A stretch of 64,000 bases of DNA from Anaeramoeba ignava BMAN (GCA_028826165.1 JAPDFW010000110.1:122290-186289); one strand, 5' to 3'; numbered from the stretch's first letter, positions 1 to 11,084 are shown. Notes: generated by a model from the letters alone, not told the origin. Translations and numbers: made by a program.

Positions 1-1101
1 GTAATATCCACAAGAAATATGATAATTGGAAATATTTTCATTAAATCTTAATTTAGGAAGTTCGATTTGAATTGGAGTTAATTCTTCTTCTGAATTTCCA
101 GTTCCTAATTGACAATATTCATTATTCCCAAATCCTATTAATTTTGAATTAGAAGTTAAAATCAAAGTATGATAATCTCCAACAGAAAAATCAAGAATAT
201 TATCATTTTCAAATAAAGGTGATTTGATTTCAGTAAATTCATAAGTATCTTCTTCTTTTTCAAGTCCATTAAATTCCCAACTTCCACATGAATAAAGTTT
301 TCTTTTTGGATTTTGATTTTCATCTTCAATCAACATTATTGAATGAGAATAAGAACATTGAATATCAATTATTTTACCTTTTGGAATATTTTGGATTTGG
401 GTTAATTTTTGGATTATTTTTTTTCTTCTTGATTTTCCTAATCCAAGTTGACCAGAATAATTATCACCGAATCCAAATAATTCTTGATTTGAATTTAAAA
501 GAAAAACAAAATCTGAATTATTTCCTGAAAATATTTTAGAAACATTTTTCATCATTAAAATTGGTTTTTTGTTGTTTTCAAGTGTTTTAGAATCAAAACC
601 AAGTTGACCATCTTCATTTGAACCAATTCCATAAGCATTTTGATTTGAAGTTAATAGATAAATTGAATACTCTCCAGAAACAATATCTTCAATTATTCTA
701 TCATTTTTATCTTCAATTAATGATGAAATATTGATAAATTGATTTGGATTTTCTGAATTAATATCTTTTCCTTTTGCAAATACATTTCCTTCTTTTGTTA
801 AAATAGCTTCAATATAAGCGCCAACAGATACTTTTTGAATATTTTCTTCAATTTGGATTTTTGAAGGATTTTGATTTGAATCATTTTCATTTAAATATTC
901 TATTGCTTTTCCATTTTCAAAAAGGAAAATTGTTGAAAATAAACTTGATGAAATTTGTTTAATTTGTTTTTCATTTTCATTTTCATTTTCATTTTCATTT
1001 TCATTTTCAAATTTAAATTGAATTGGTTTTTTTATTTTTTTTGGTTTATTTTTGATAAGTTTTGGATTTTCATTTGAACCAAAAAATAAAATTTCATTCA
1101 T
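1..1101 (-). CDS. RCC1-repeat protein, array copy 1 (3' part runs off the window; presumably RCC1-BTB)
   Basis: ATG at 1101 (MNEILFFGSNENPKLIKNKP...). Colinear and highly similar to the ORFs at 1147-6615, with RCC1 motifs (GSNEDGQLG, GFGNNEYCQLG). Probably absent from the ORF track because its stop lies outside the window. Confidence 0.9.
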   Translation of the reverse strand, partial: MNEILFFGSNENPKLIKNKPKKIKKPIQFKFENENENENENENEKQIKQISSSLFSTIFLFENGKAIEYLNENDSNQNPSKIQIEENIQKVSVGAYIEAILTKEGNVFAKGKDINSENPNQFINISSLIEDKNDRIIEDIVSGEYSIYLLTSNQNAYGIGSNEDGQLGFDSKTLENNKKPILMMKNVSKIFSGNNSDFVFLLNSNQELFGFGDNYSGQLGLGKSRRKKIIQKLTQIQNIPKGKIIDIQCSYSHSIMLIEDENQNPKRKLYSCGSWEFNGLEKEEDTYEFTEIKSPLFENDNILDFSVGDYHTLILTSNSKLIGFGNNEYCQLGTGNSEEELTPIQIELPKLRFNENISNYHISCGYY

Positions 1102-1146
1102 TTTTGAAAAGAAAAAAAATGAAAAAAATGAAAAATAATTTTAATT
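1102..1146 (-). promoter_or_regulatory. 45-bp intergenic spacer with tandem TTTTCATTTT initiator-like motifs
   Basis: Near-identical spacer precedes RCC1-BTB copies 1-3, and the same motif lies just upstream of most ATGs in the window. Confidence 0.55.
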
Positions 1147-2955
1147 TCAATTTTGATTTTGATTTTGATTTTGATTTTGATTATTAAATTTGTTAATTAA
1201 TAAATCAAATAAATTTGGATTTGTTTGATTTAATTGAAAATAATCAATTCCAATTTCAATTTCATTAATGATTTCTTGTGTAATTTGAATTTCATCTTTA
1301 ATTTGATTTGAATAAATCCAATATTCAAATATTTGAAATGATTTATTACTTAATTCACTATAATCTGTAACCTTATTAGAAGTATCTTCTGTTACAGATA
1401 AAAACATTCCTCGATATAATTCACTTCTCATTATTAATATTAATTTAGGAAATTTATATTGTTTTTCTTTTCTTTCAATAATAAAATCTTTTTCATTTTC
1501 ATTTTCATTTTCATTTAAATAAATTCTTTTAATTGTTTCTTCAATTTTTTCATTGGAATTTATAATTTCTTTAATTTCAGAATATAATTTTGGATTTATT
1601 ATTCTGTTTGAATAAATCATTTCAAATATTTGATTTGATTCTTTAATTGATTTATTTGAAATAATTTCTTGAAGTTTTTCAATTTGATTTTCATTTTGAT
1701 TTAATCTATATTTCAATATTAATTTATGAGCTTCAATTATTTCTCCATTTTTGGTTTTAAATGAAATATTACAAAATTCTTTTCTTCTAAATAATTTTAT
1801 CAAATCTTCTTCAAGATTGGAAAAAGAAAGAGGAGGATAATAAATAAATGTTCTTTGATATCCACAAGAAATATGATAATTGGAAATATTTTCATTAAAT
1901 CTTAATTCAGGAAGTTTAATTTGAATTGGAATTTTTTGATATTTTGTATCTCCAGTTCCTAATTGGCCATATGAATTACTTCCAAATCCAATCAGTTTTT
2001 GATTTGAAGTTAAAATCAAAGTATGATAATCTCCAACAGAAAAATCAAGAATACTATCATCATTTTCAAATAAAGATGATTTGATTTCAGTAAATTCATA
2101 AGTTTCTTCATCTTTGCCAAGTCCATTAACTTCCCAACTTCCACATGAATAAAGTTTTCTTTTTGGATTTTGATTTTCATTTTCAATCAACATTATTGAA
2201 TGAGAATAAGAACATTGAATATCAATTATTTTACCTTTTGGAATATTTTGGATTTGGGTTAATTTTTGGATTTTTATTTCTTCTTTTCTTGATTCTCCTA
2301 ATCCAAGTTGACCATGATCATTATATCCGCATCCAAATAATTCTTGATTTGAATTTAAAAGAAAAACATGATTTGAAGAATTTCCTGTAAATATTTTAGA
2401 AACATTTTTCATCATTAAAATTGGTTTTTCTGTTATATCAACTAAATATAAACCAAGTTGACCAGAATAATTTGAACCAATTCCATAAACATTATGATTT
2501 GAAGTTAATAAGTAAATTGAATTAGATCCAGAAACAATATCTTCAATTATTCTATCATTTGCATCTTCAATTAATGATGAAATATTGATAAATTGATTTG
2601 GATTTTCTGAATTAATATATCTTCCTTTTGCAAATACATTTCCTTCTTTTGTTAAAATAGCTTCAATATAAGCGCCAACAGTTACTTTTTGAATATTTTC
2701 TTCAATTTGTATTTTTTCAGGATTTTGTTTTGAATCTTTTTCTCGTAAGTATTCTATTGCTTTTCCATTTTTAAAAAGGAAAATTGTTGAAAAATAACCT
2801 GTTGAAATTTGTTTAATTTGTTTTTCATTTTCATTTTCGTTTTCATTTTCATTTTCATTTTCAAATTTAAATTGAATTGGTTTTTTTATTTCATTTGGTT
2901 TATTTTTTATAAGTTTTGGATTTTCATTTGAACCAAAAAATAAAATTTCATTCAT
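1147..2955 (-). CDS. RCC1 beta-propeller plus tandem BTB/POZ-like protein, copy 2 (602 aa, intronless)
   Basis: Repeated GxNxxGQLG and (V/C)GxxH(T/S) RCC1 motifs. C-terminal BTB-like segments FCNISF...IEAHKLILKYRL and KDFIIE...FPKLILIMRSELYRGMF. Confidence 0.92.
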   Translation of the reverse strand: MNEILFFGSNENPKLIKNKPNEIKKPIQFKFENENENENENENEKQIKQISTGYFSTIFLFKNGKAIEYLREKDSKQNPEKIQIEENIQKVTVGAYIEAILTKEGNVFAKGRYINSENPNQFINISSLIEDANDRIIEDIVSGSNSIYLLTSNHNVYGIGSNYSGQLGLYLVDITEKPILMMKNVSKIFTGNSSNHVFLLNSNQELFGCGYNDHGQLGLGESRKEEIKIQKLTQIQNIPKGKIIDIQCSYSHSIMLIENENQNPKRKLYSCGSWEVNGLGKDEETYEFTEIKSSLFENDDSILDFSVGDYHTLILTSNQKLIGFGSNSYGQLGTGDTKYQKIPIQIKLPELRFNENISNYHISCGYQRTFIYYPPLSFSNLEEDLIKLFRRKEFCNISFKTKNGEIIEAHKLILKYRLNQNENQIEKLQEIISNKSIKESNQIFEMIYSNRIINPKLYSEIKEIINSNEKIEETIKRIYLNENENENEKDFIIERKEKQYKFPKLILIMRSELYRGMFLSVTEDTSNKVTDYSELSNKSFQIFEYWIYSNQIKDEIQITQEIINEIEIGIDYFQLNQTNPNLFDLLINKFNNQNQNQNQNQN

Positions 2956-3026
2956 TTTTGAAAAGAAAAAAAATGAAAAAAATGAAAAAAATAATTTTAA
3001 TTTTGATTTTAATTTTAATTTTAATT

Positions 3027-4808
3027 TTAATTATTAAATTTGTTAATTAATAAATCAAATAAATTTGGATTTGTTTGATTTAATTGAAAATAATCAATTC
3101 CAATTTCAATTTCATTAATTATTTCTTGTGTAATTTCAATTTCATCTTTAATTTGATTTGAATAAATCCAATATTCAATTATTTGAAATGATTTATTACT
3201 TAATTCACTATAATCTGTAACCTTATTAGAAGTATCTTCAGTTACAGATAAAAACATTCCTCGATATAATTCACTTCTCATTATTAATATTAATTTAGGA
3301 AATTTATATTGTTTTTCTTTTCTTTCAATTATAAAATCTTTTTCATTTTCATTTTCATTTAAATAAATTCTTTTCATTGTTTCTTCAATTTTTTCATTGG
3401 AATTTATAATTTCTTTAATTTCAGAATATAATATTGGATTTATTATTCTGTTTGAATAAATCATTTCAAATATTTGATTTGATTCTTTAATTGATTTTTT
3501 TGAAATAATTTCTTGAAGTTTTTCAATTTGATTTTCATTTTGATTTAATCTATATTTCAATATTAATTTATGAGCTTCAATTATTTCTCCATTTTCGGTT
3601 TTAAATGAAATGTTACAAAATTCTTTTCTTCTAAATAATTTTATCAGATCTTCTTCAAGATTGGAAAAAGGAGAAGGAGAATAATAAAGAAATGATTTGA
3701 AATCTCCACAAGAAATATGATAATTGGAAATATTTTCATTAAATCTTAATTTAGGAAGTTCAATTTGAATTGGAATTTTTTGATATTTTGTATCTCCAGT
3801 TCCTAATTGACCATATTCATTATTACCAAATACAATTAGTTTTTGATTGGAAGTTAAAATCAAAGTATGTTGATTTCCAACAGAAAAATCAAGAATATTA
3901 TCATCATTTTCAAATAAAGGTGATTTGATTTCAGTAAATTCATAAGTATCTTCATCTTTGCCAAGTCCATTAACTTCCCAACTTCCACATGAATAAAGTT
4001 TTCTTTTTTGATTTTCATTTTCATCTTCAATTAACATTATTGAATGAGAATATCCAGATTGAATATCAATTATTTTACCTTTTGGAATATTTTGGATTTT
4101 GGTTAATTTATGGATTTTTATTTCAGTTTTTCTTGATTCTCCTAATCCAAGTTGTCTAGAGCTATTATCACCACATCCAAATAATTCTTGATTTGAATTT
4201 AAAAGAAAAATTGAAGTGGAAGGATTTCCTGAAAATATTTTAGAAACATTTTTCATCATTAAAATTGGTTTTTCTGTTATATCAACTAAATATAAACCAA
4301 GTTGACTAGAATAATTTGAACCAATTCCATAAACATTATGATTTGAAGTTAATAAGTAAATTGTTGCAGATCCAGAAACAATATCTTCAATTATTCTATC
4401 ATTTATATCTTCAATTAATGATGAAATATTGATAAATTCATTTGGATTTTTTGAATTAATAACATATCCTTTTGCAAATACATTTCCTTCTATTGTTAAA
4501 ATAGCTTCAATATAAGCGCCAACAGATAGTTTTTGAATATTTTCAATTTGGATTTTTTCAGGATTTTGCTTTGAATCATTTTCTCGTAAGTATTCTATTG
4601 CTTTTCCATTTTTAAAAAGGAAGATTGTTGAAGAATAACCCGTTGAAATTTGTTTAATTTGATTTTCATTTTCATTTTCATTTTCATTTTCATTTTCATT
4701 TTCATTTTCATTTTCAAATTTAAATTGAATTGGTTTTGTTATTTGATTTGGTTTATTTTTGATAAGTTTTGGATTTTCATTTGAACCAAAAAATAAAATT
4801 TCATTCAT
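3027..4808 (-). CDS. RCC1-BTB protein, copy 3 (593 aa)
   Basis: Paralogue of copy 2 with a near-identical BTB region; lacks the (NQ)n tail. Confidence 0.92.
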   Translation of the reverse strand: MNEILFFGSNENPKLIKNKPNQITKPIQFKFENENENENENENENENENQIKQISTGYSSTIFLFKNGKAIEYLRENDSKQNPEKIQIENIQKLSVGAYIEAILTIEGNVFAKGYVINSKNPNEFINISSLIEDINDRIIEDIVSGSATIYLLTSNHNVYGIGSNYSSQLGLYLVDITEKPILMMKNVSKIFSGNPSTSIFLLNSNQELFGCGDNSSRQLGLGESRKTEIKIHKLTKIQNIPKGKIIDIQSGYSHSIMLIEDENENQKRKLYSCGSWEVNGLGKDEDTYEFTEIKSPLFENDDNILDFSVGNQHTLILTSNQKLIVFGNNEYGQLGTGDTKYQKIPIQIELPKLRFNENISNYHISCGDFKSFLYYSPSPFSNLEEDLIKLFRRKEFCNISFKTENGEIIEAHKLILKYRLNQNENQIEKLQEIISKKSIKESNQIFEMIYSNRIINPILYSEIKEIINSNEKIEETMKRIYLNENENEKDFIIERKEKQYKFPKLILIMRSELYRGMFLSVTEDTSNKVTDYSELSNKSFQIIEYWIYSNQIKDEIEITQEIINEIEIGIDYFQLNQTNPNLFDLLINKFNN

Positions 4809-4854
4809 TTTTGAAAAGAAAAAAAATGAAAAAAAATGAAAAATAATTTTAATT

Positions 4855-6615
4855 TCAATTTTGATTTTGATTTTGATTTTGATTTTGATTATTAAATTTC
4901 TTAATTAATAAATCAAATAAATTTGGATTTGTTTGATTTAATTGAAAATAATCAATTCCAATTTTAATTTCATCAATGATTTCTTGTGTAATTTCAATTC
5001 CTTCTTTAAGTTGATTTGAATAAATCCAATATTCAATTATTTCAAATGATTCATCACTTAATTCACTATAATCTGTAAATTTAGTAGAATCACCTTCTGT
5101 TACAGATAAGAATTTTTCTCGATATAAGTTACTTCTCGTTATTAATATTAATTTGGGAAATTTATATTGTTTTTCTTTTCTTTGAATAATAATATCTTTT
5201 TCATCTTCAAAATCAATTAATTCTTTCATTGTTTCTTCAATTAATCCAAATAAATTAAAATCAATTTCAATTTCTTCATATAATTCTGGATTTATTCGAT
5301 AATTTTTTGAATAAATCATTTCAAATATTTGATTTGCTTCTTTAATTGATTTGTTTGAAATAATTTCTTTAAGTTGTTCAATTTGATTTTCATCTTGTCC
5401 AATTATTGTTTGTAATATCAATTTATGAGCTCCAATTATTTCTCCATTTTTGGTTTGAAATGAAATATTGCAAAATTCTTTTCTTCGAAATAAATTTATC
5501 AAATCTTCTTCAAGATTGGAAAAAGAAGGAGGAGAATAATAAAGAAATGATTTGTTATATCCACAAGAAAGATGATAATTAGAAATATTTTCATTAAGTC
5601 TTAATTCAGGAAGTTCAATTTGAATTGGAATTTTTTGATATTTTGTATCTCCAGTTCCTAATTGACCATATTCATTATTACCAAATCCAATAAGTTTTTG
5701 ATTGGAAGTTAAAATCAAATTATGATCATATCCAACAGAAAAATCAAGAATATCATCATCATTTTCAAATAAAGATGATTTGATTTCAGTAAATTCATTT
5801 GTTCTTTTGCCAAGTCCATTAAATTTCCAAATTCCACATGAATAAAGTTTTCTTTTTGAATTTTCATTTTCATTTTCAATCAACATTATTGAATAATTAA
5901 ATCCGCATTGAATATCAATTATTTCACCTTTTGGAATATTTTGGATTTTGGTTAATTTTTGGATTTTTGTTTCTTTTCTTGATTCTCCTAATCCAAGTCC
6001 AGAATAAAAATTCTCACCGCATCCAAATAATTCTTGATTTGAATTTAAAAGAAAAACAGAATATGAAGAATTTCCTGTAAATATTTTAGAAACATTTTTC
6101 ATCATTAAAATTGGTTTTTCTGTTTTTTGAAGTGTTTCAGAATCAAAACCAATTTGACCAGTTCTATTATCACCAATTCCATAAGCATTTTGATTTGAAG
6201 TTAATAAATAAATTGTTTCAGATGAGCATAAAACATCTTCAATTATTCTATCATTTGGATTTTCAATTAATGATGAAATATTGATAAATTGATTTGGATT
6301 TTCTGGATTAATATTATTTCCTTTTGCAAATACATTTCCTTCTGTTGTTAAAATTGCTTCATTTACTCCTCCAACAGTTACTTTTTGAATATTTTCTTCA
6401 ATTTGGATTTCTTCAGGATTTTGTTCTGAATCTTTTAAATATTCTATTGCTTTTCCATTTTTAAAAAGAAAAATTGTTGAAAATATGCCTGTTGAAATTT
6501 GTTTAATTTGTTTTTCATTTTCAAATTTAAATTGAATTGGATTTATTATTTTTTCTGTTTCATTTTCGATAAGTTTTGGTCTTTCATTTAAACCAAAAAA
6601 TAAAATTTCATTCAT
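4855..6615 (-). CDS. RCC1-BTB protein, copy 4 (586 aa; most divergent, first in transcription order)
   Basis: Same architecture; BTB region more diverged (IGAHKLILQTII, RSNLYREKF). Confidence 0.92.
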   Translation of the reverse strand: MNEILFFGLNERPKLIENETEKIINPIQFKFENEKQIKQISTGIFSTIFLFKNGKAIEYLKDSEQNPEEIQIEENIQKVTVGGVNEAILTTEGNVFAKGNNINPENPNQFINISSLIENPNDRIIEDVLCSSETIYLLTSNQNAYGIGDNRTGQIGFDSETLQKTEKPILMMKNVSKIFTGNSSYSVFLLNSNQELFGCGENFYSGLGLGESRKETKIQKLTKIQNIPKGEIIDIQCGFNYSIMLIENENENSKRKLYSCGIWKFNGLGKRTNEFTEIKSSLFENDDDILDFSVGYDHNLILTSNQKLIGFGNNEYGQLGTGDTKYQKIPIQIELPELRLNENISNYHLSCGYNKSFLYYSPPSFSNLEEDLINLFRRKEFCNISFQTKNGEIIGAHKLILQTIIGQDENQIEQLKEIISNKSIKEANQIFEMIYSKNYRINPELYEEIEIDFNLFGLIEETMKELIDFEDEKDIIIQRKEKQYKFPKLILITRSNLYREKFLSVTEGDSTKFTDYSELSDESFEIIEYWIYSNQLKEGIEITQEIIDEIKIGIDYFQLNQTNPNLFDLLIKKFNNQNQNQNQNQN

Positions 6616-6893
6616 TTTTAAAAAAAAAAAAAAGAAAGAAAAAATGAATTTAATTTTAATTTTATTTTATTTTTGAATAAGAAAATTAATTCAAAAATTG
6701 AATTGTTTTTTGAACTTATTTCAACTTAAACTTAAACTTAAACTTAAAAAAAAAAAGAAAGAGAAAGAAAAAAAAAGAATAATTTGAAAAGAAAAGAAAA
6801 GAAAAGATTTACAACTTTTAAAAAAAACAACTGGGAATTTTTAAAAGTTGAAAAACAACAAAAACAAAAAAATATTAAAAAAAAATAAACCTT

Positions 6894-9800
6894 TTACATA
6901 ATTTCACTTGTTTCTTGTTTCCTTGATTCCAACCATTCTGAATATTGGTATTTTTCCAATAAATCTCTTCTTCTGAATTTTTTCTTAAGATTTCTCCATT
7001 TATCTTTTAAATCATGAGGTTTTCTTTTCATATGAAATTGGAGTGAAGAATCTGAAAGAATAACTGACCATCTTCCAACTCCATATTTTTTAACTCCAAA
7101 AATCAAGAATCTAGTTTCTTCATCTGTCCAGAATACTCTTTTTCCTTTTGAGTTTTTGTTTTGATTGTCTTCGGTTATAATTGGTTGATTTATTTTTTCA
7201 ATTTGGATTTCATTTGGATTTTCAATTTGGATTTCATTTGGATTTTCAATTTGGATTTCATTTGAGATTTCATTTGAGATTTCTTTTAAAATTTCTTTTT
7301 CGGTTGTTTTTGATTTGTATTTCCTTGTTCTTTGTCTTTTCGTTATGTAATCTGGATCAATTATTGGTGGATTGTTTTTTATTAAGAGTGATAAGGATTC
7401 TGGATGAATTGCTGAAATTGTTTCTTGAAATTTTATTTCTTCAAGGTTAGATAATTTAAATAAATCATTTGCAGTAAATATATTTTCCTTTTCCTAAATA
7501 ATATAAATATTTGATTTAAATATTAATTTAAATAATATTGATTTAAATATTGATATAATTATTGATTTAAATATTAATTTAAATATTAATTTAAATATTG
7601 ATTTAAATATTTTATTTAAATAATATTGATTTAAATATTGATTTAAATATTGATTTAAATATTGATTTAAATATTGATTTAAATATTGATTTAAATATTA
7701 TTGATTTAAATATTATTGATTTAAATATTTGATTTAAATATTGATTTAAATATTGATTTAAATATTGATTTAAATATTGATTTAAATATTATTGATTTAA
7801 ATATTAATTTAAATATTGATTTAAATATTTTATTTAAATATTGATTTTAAATATTATTGATTTAAATATTGATTTAAATATTATTGATTTAAATATTGAT
7901 TTAAATATTATTGATTTAAATATTGATTTAAATATTGATTTAAATATTTGATTTTAAATATTTTATTTAAATATTGATTTAAATATTATTGATTTAAATA
8001 TTATTGATTTTAAATATTGATATATTATTGATTTAAATATTATTGATTTAAATATTATTGATTTAAATATTATTGATTTTAAATATTGATTTAAATATTA
8101 TTGATTTAAATATTGATTTAAATATTATTGATTTAAATATTATTGATTTAAATATTATTGATTTAAATATTATTGATTTAAATATTATTGATTTAAATAT
8201 TATTGATTTAAATATTGATATAAATATTGATTTTAAATATTGATTTAAATATTATTGATTTAAATATTGATTTTAAATATTGATTTAAATATTATTGATT
8301 TTAAATATTGATTTAAATATTGATTTAAATATTATTGATTTAAATATTTGATTTAAATATTTGATTTAAATATTGATTTAAATATTGATTTAAATATTGA
8401 TTTAAATATTGATTTAAATATTATTGATTTAAATATTAATTTAAATATTGATTTAAATATTTTATTTAAATATTGATTTAAATATTATTGATTTAAATAT
8501 TGATTTAAATATTGATATAATTATTGATTTAAAATATTGATTTAAATATTGATTTTAAATATTATTGATTTAAATATTTGATTTAAATATTGATTTTAAA
8601 TATTGATTTAAATATTATTGATTTAAATATTGATTTTAATTATTAATTTTTAAATATTATTGATTTAAATATTATTGATTTAAATATTGATTTAAATATT
8701 TTATTTAATTATTGATTTAAATATTTTTATTTAAATATTGATTTAAATATTATTGATTTAAATATTGATTTAAATATTTGATTTAAATATTGATTTAAAT
8801 ATTGATTTAAATATTGATTTTAAATAATATTGATTTAAATATTGATTTAAATATTGATTTAAATATTGATTTAAATATTGTTGATTTAAATATTGATTTA
8901 AATATTGATTTAAATATTGATTTAAATATTGTTGATTTTAAATATTGATTTTAAATATTGTTGAAAAATATTGATTTAAATATTGATTTAAAATTGATTT
9001 AAATATTGATTTAAATATTGATTTAAATATTGATTTAAATATTAATTTAAAATATTGATTTAAATATTGATTTAAAATATTGATTTAAATATTGATTTAA
9101 ATATTGATTTAAATATTAATTTAAATATTGATTTAAATATTGATTTAAATATTGATTTAAATATTAATTTAAATATTATTGATTTAAATATTAATTTAAA
9201 TATTGATTTAAATATTAATTTTAAATATTAATTTAAATATTGATTTAAATATTATTGATTTAAATATTGATATATTATTGATTTAAATATTATTGATTTA
9301 AATATTATTGATTTAAATATTATTGATTTAAATATTGATTTAAATATTTTATTTACAAATTCAGTTCGTTTTGAATCATAAGATTTTAATTTTTTCTCAA
9401 TATATTCGTGAAATTCTTCTAAAAGTTTTGTGTAATTCCTTTGATTTAATAACTGAACTAATTTTAATTTGTATTCTTGATTATTTAAATCTTTTTCAAT
9501 CATGAAAATTGTATTATAAATTGAATCAAGAAATTGATAACTTTCTTTTTCAATTTGAAATTGAAATTGATATTGATTTGAATTTTTTGGAAAGAATTGA
9601 TTTAAAGTTTGCTTGAAATGATTAGATCCTTTTCGAATCATTGAAAGAACAATCTATTTTATTTTATTAATTTAATTTATTTTATTAATTTATTTTATTT
9701 TATTAATTTATTTTTATTTTTATTTTTATTTTATTTTTTAATTTATGGGGTTTTTGATTTTTATTTCGTGTTTTTTTTTTAATTTAATTTTAAAATGAGA

Positions 9801-10262
9801 TAATTTCAAATTTCAATAAAATTGATCATATTAAAAAAAGTTCAATTTTAAATTAATAAATATAAAAATAAGAATGAAAATTAAAAAAAAAAAACTGACA
9901 ATCAGCAAAATAATAAATAAAATAATAAATAAAAAATTAAATAAAATAATAAATAAAATATTAAATAAAAATTAATTAAAAATTAAATAAAAAATTAAAT
10001 AAAAAATTAATTGTTCTCTAAAAAAAGTATTCCATTTTGGTTCATCAATCAAGGAAATCAATTCAACATTTTCAATAAATTGGTTCGATTGTTTAATTTG
10101 AAGTAATTTATATAAACCATATATAGTTTTAGTTTTTTCTGGAAGTAAAACATTAAATTGATTCTTTTTATCTTTTGCCATTATTTTTTTTACTAATTGA
10201 TCGATTTTATTCAAACAAGCAAATTCAAGAAAAAAAGTTAAAGGAAAAGAAATTGAATTCAT
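6894..10262 (-). CDS. TRF-like telomere repeat-binding protein (TRFH-like N-terminus, C-terminal telobox Myb domain); exons 10262-10011, 9653-9357, 7493-6894; about 382 aa
   Basis: Last exon encodes FWTDEETRFLIFGVKKYGVGRWSVIL...LKDKWRNL (telobox signature). The three exons join in phase 0. Intron 2 is GT-AG; intron 1 has an AG acceptor but begins TTAATT. Confidence 0.8.
7500..9350. repeat. Intronic satellite, 12-bp unit ATTGATTTAAAT with 15-bp variants
   Basis: Direct tandem repeat filling intron 2 of the TRF-like gene. Confidence 0.95.
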
Positions 10263-11084
10263 TAAAAATAAAATAAAAATAAAATAAAAAAAAAAAGAAA
10301 ATAAAATAAAAAATAAAAAAGAAAAAATAATTTTTGTTTTTTTTAATTTTTTTTCTTTTATTTTTTTTCTTGACCCTTTCAATAAAATATTTTTTTTTTG
10401 ATCAATTTTTATTTTCTTTTCTTTTCTAAAATTAAAAATAAAAATTAAAAATAAAATTATTTGGCAAAATAAAATAAAACAAAAATAATAATTTTTTTTT
10501 CCTTCTTTTTATTTTAATTATTATTTAAATTTTGAAGCAAATTAAAAAAGAAAGAAAATTGCTTTTTGTTTTGAAAAAAAACCCAAATTTAAATTGGAAT
10601 TGGAATAAGGAATATAATTAGAAATTCAATTATAAATTTCAATTATAAAAATTAGATCAAAATTCTTTTTAAAAATTATTAAAATAGATAAAATAAATTA
10701 AATTAAAATTAAATTAGATCAAAATTTTCTTTTGAAATAAATTGAATTAAAATTAAATTGGATCAAAATTTCCTTTTAAAATAAATTGAATTAAAATTAA
10801 AATGTTAAATTGATGATTAAAAAAAATTTTTAAAATCAATGAAATTTAAATTAAATTAAATTAAATTGAAAAATTAAATTGAAATTAAAATTTAAAATTA
10901 AAATTTTTAAAATTCTTTTAAATTGAAATTAAAATTAAAATTAAATTTAAAATTAAAATTGAAATTGAAATTGAAGAAATCTCCTTAAATAACCAAATAA
11001 GATCAAAAAAACTTAATTAAAATTAATCCATGTCATCAAATGATGAATCATTAAATCCAAAAAATTTTTTTCATAATTTTCAAT

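Noticed and set aside
288-2390. Repeated plus-strand ORFs MNKVFFLDFDFH (288-539, 2145-2390)
   Set aside because: Antisense shadows of the duplicated RCC1 genes; the similarity is explained by the duplication.
3001-3030. TAA reassigned to glutamine
   Set aside because: TAA terminates many genes at expected positions, and long ORFs have no in-frame TAA or TAG.
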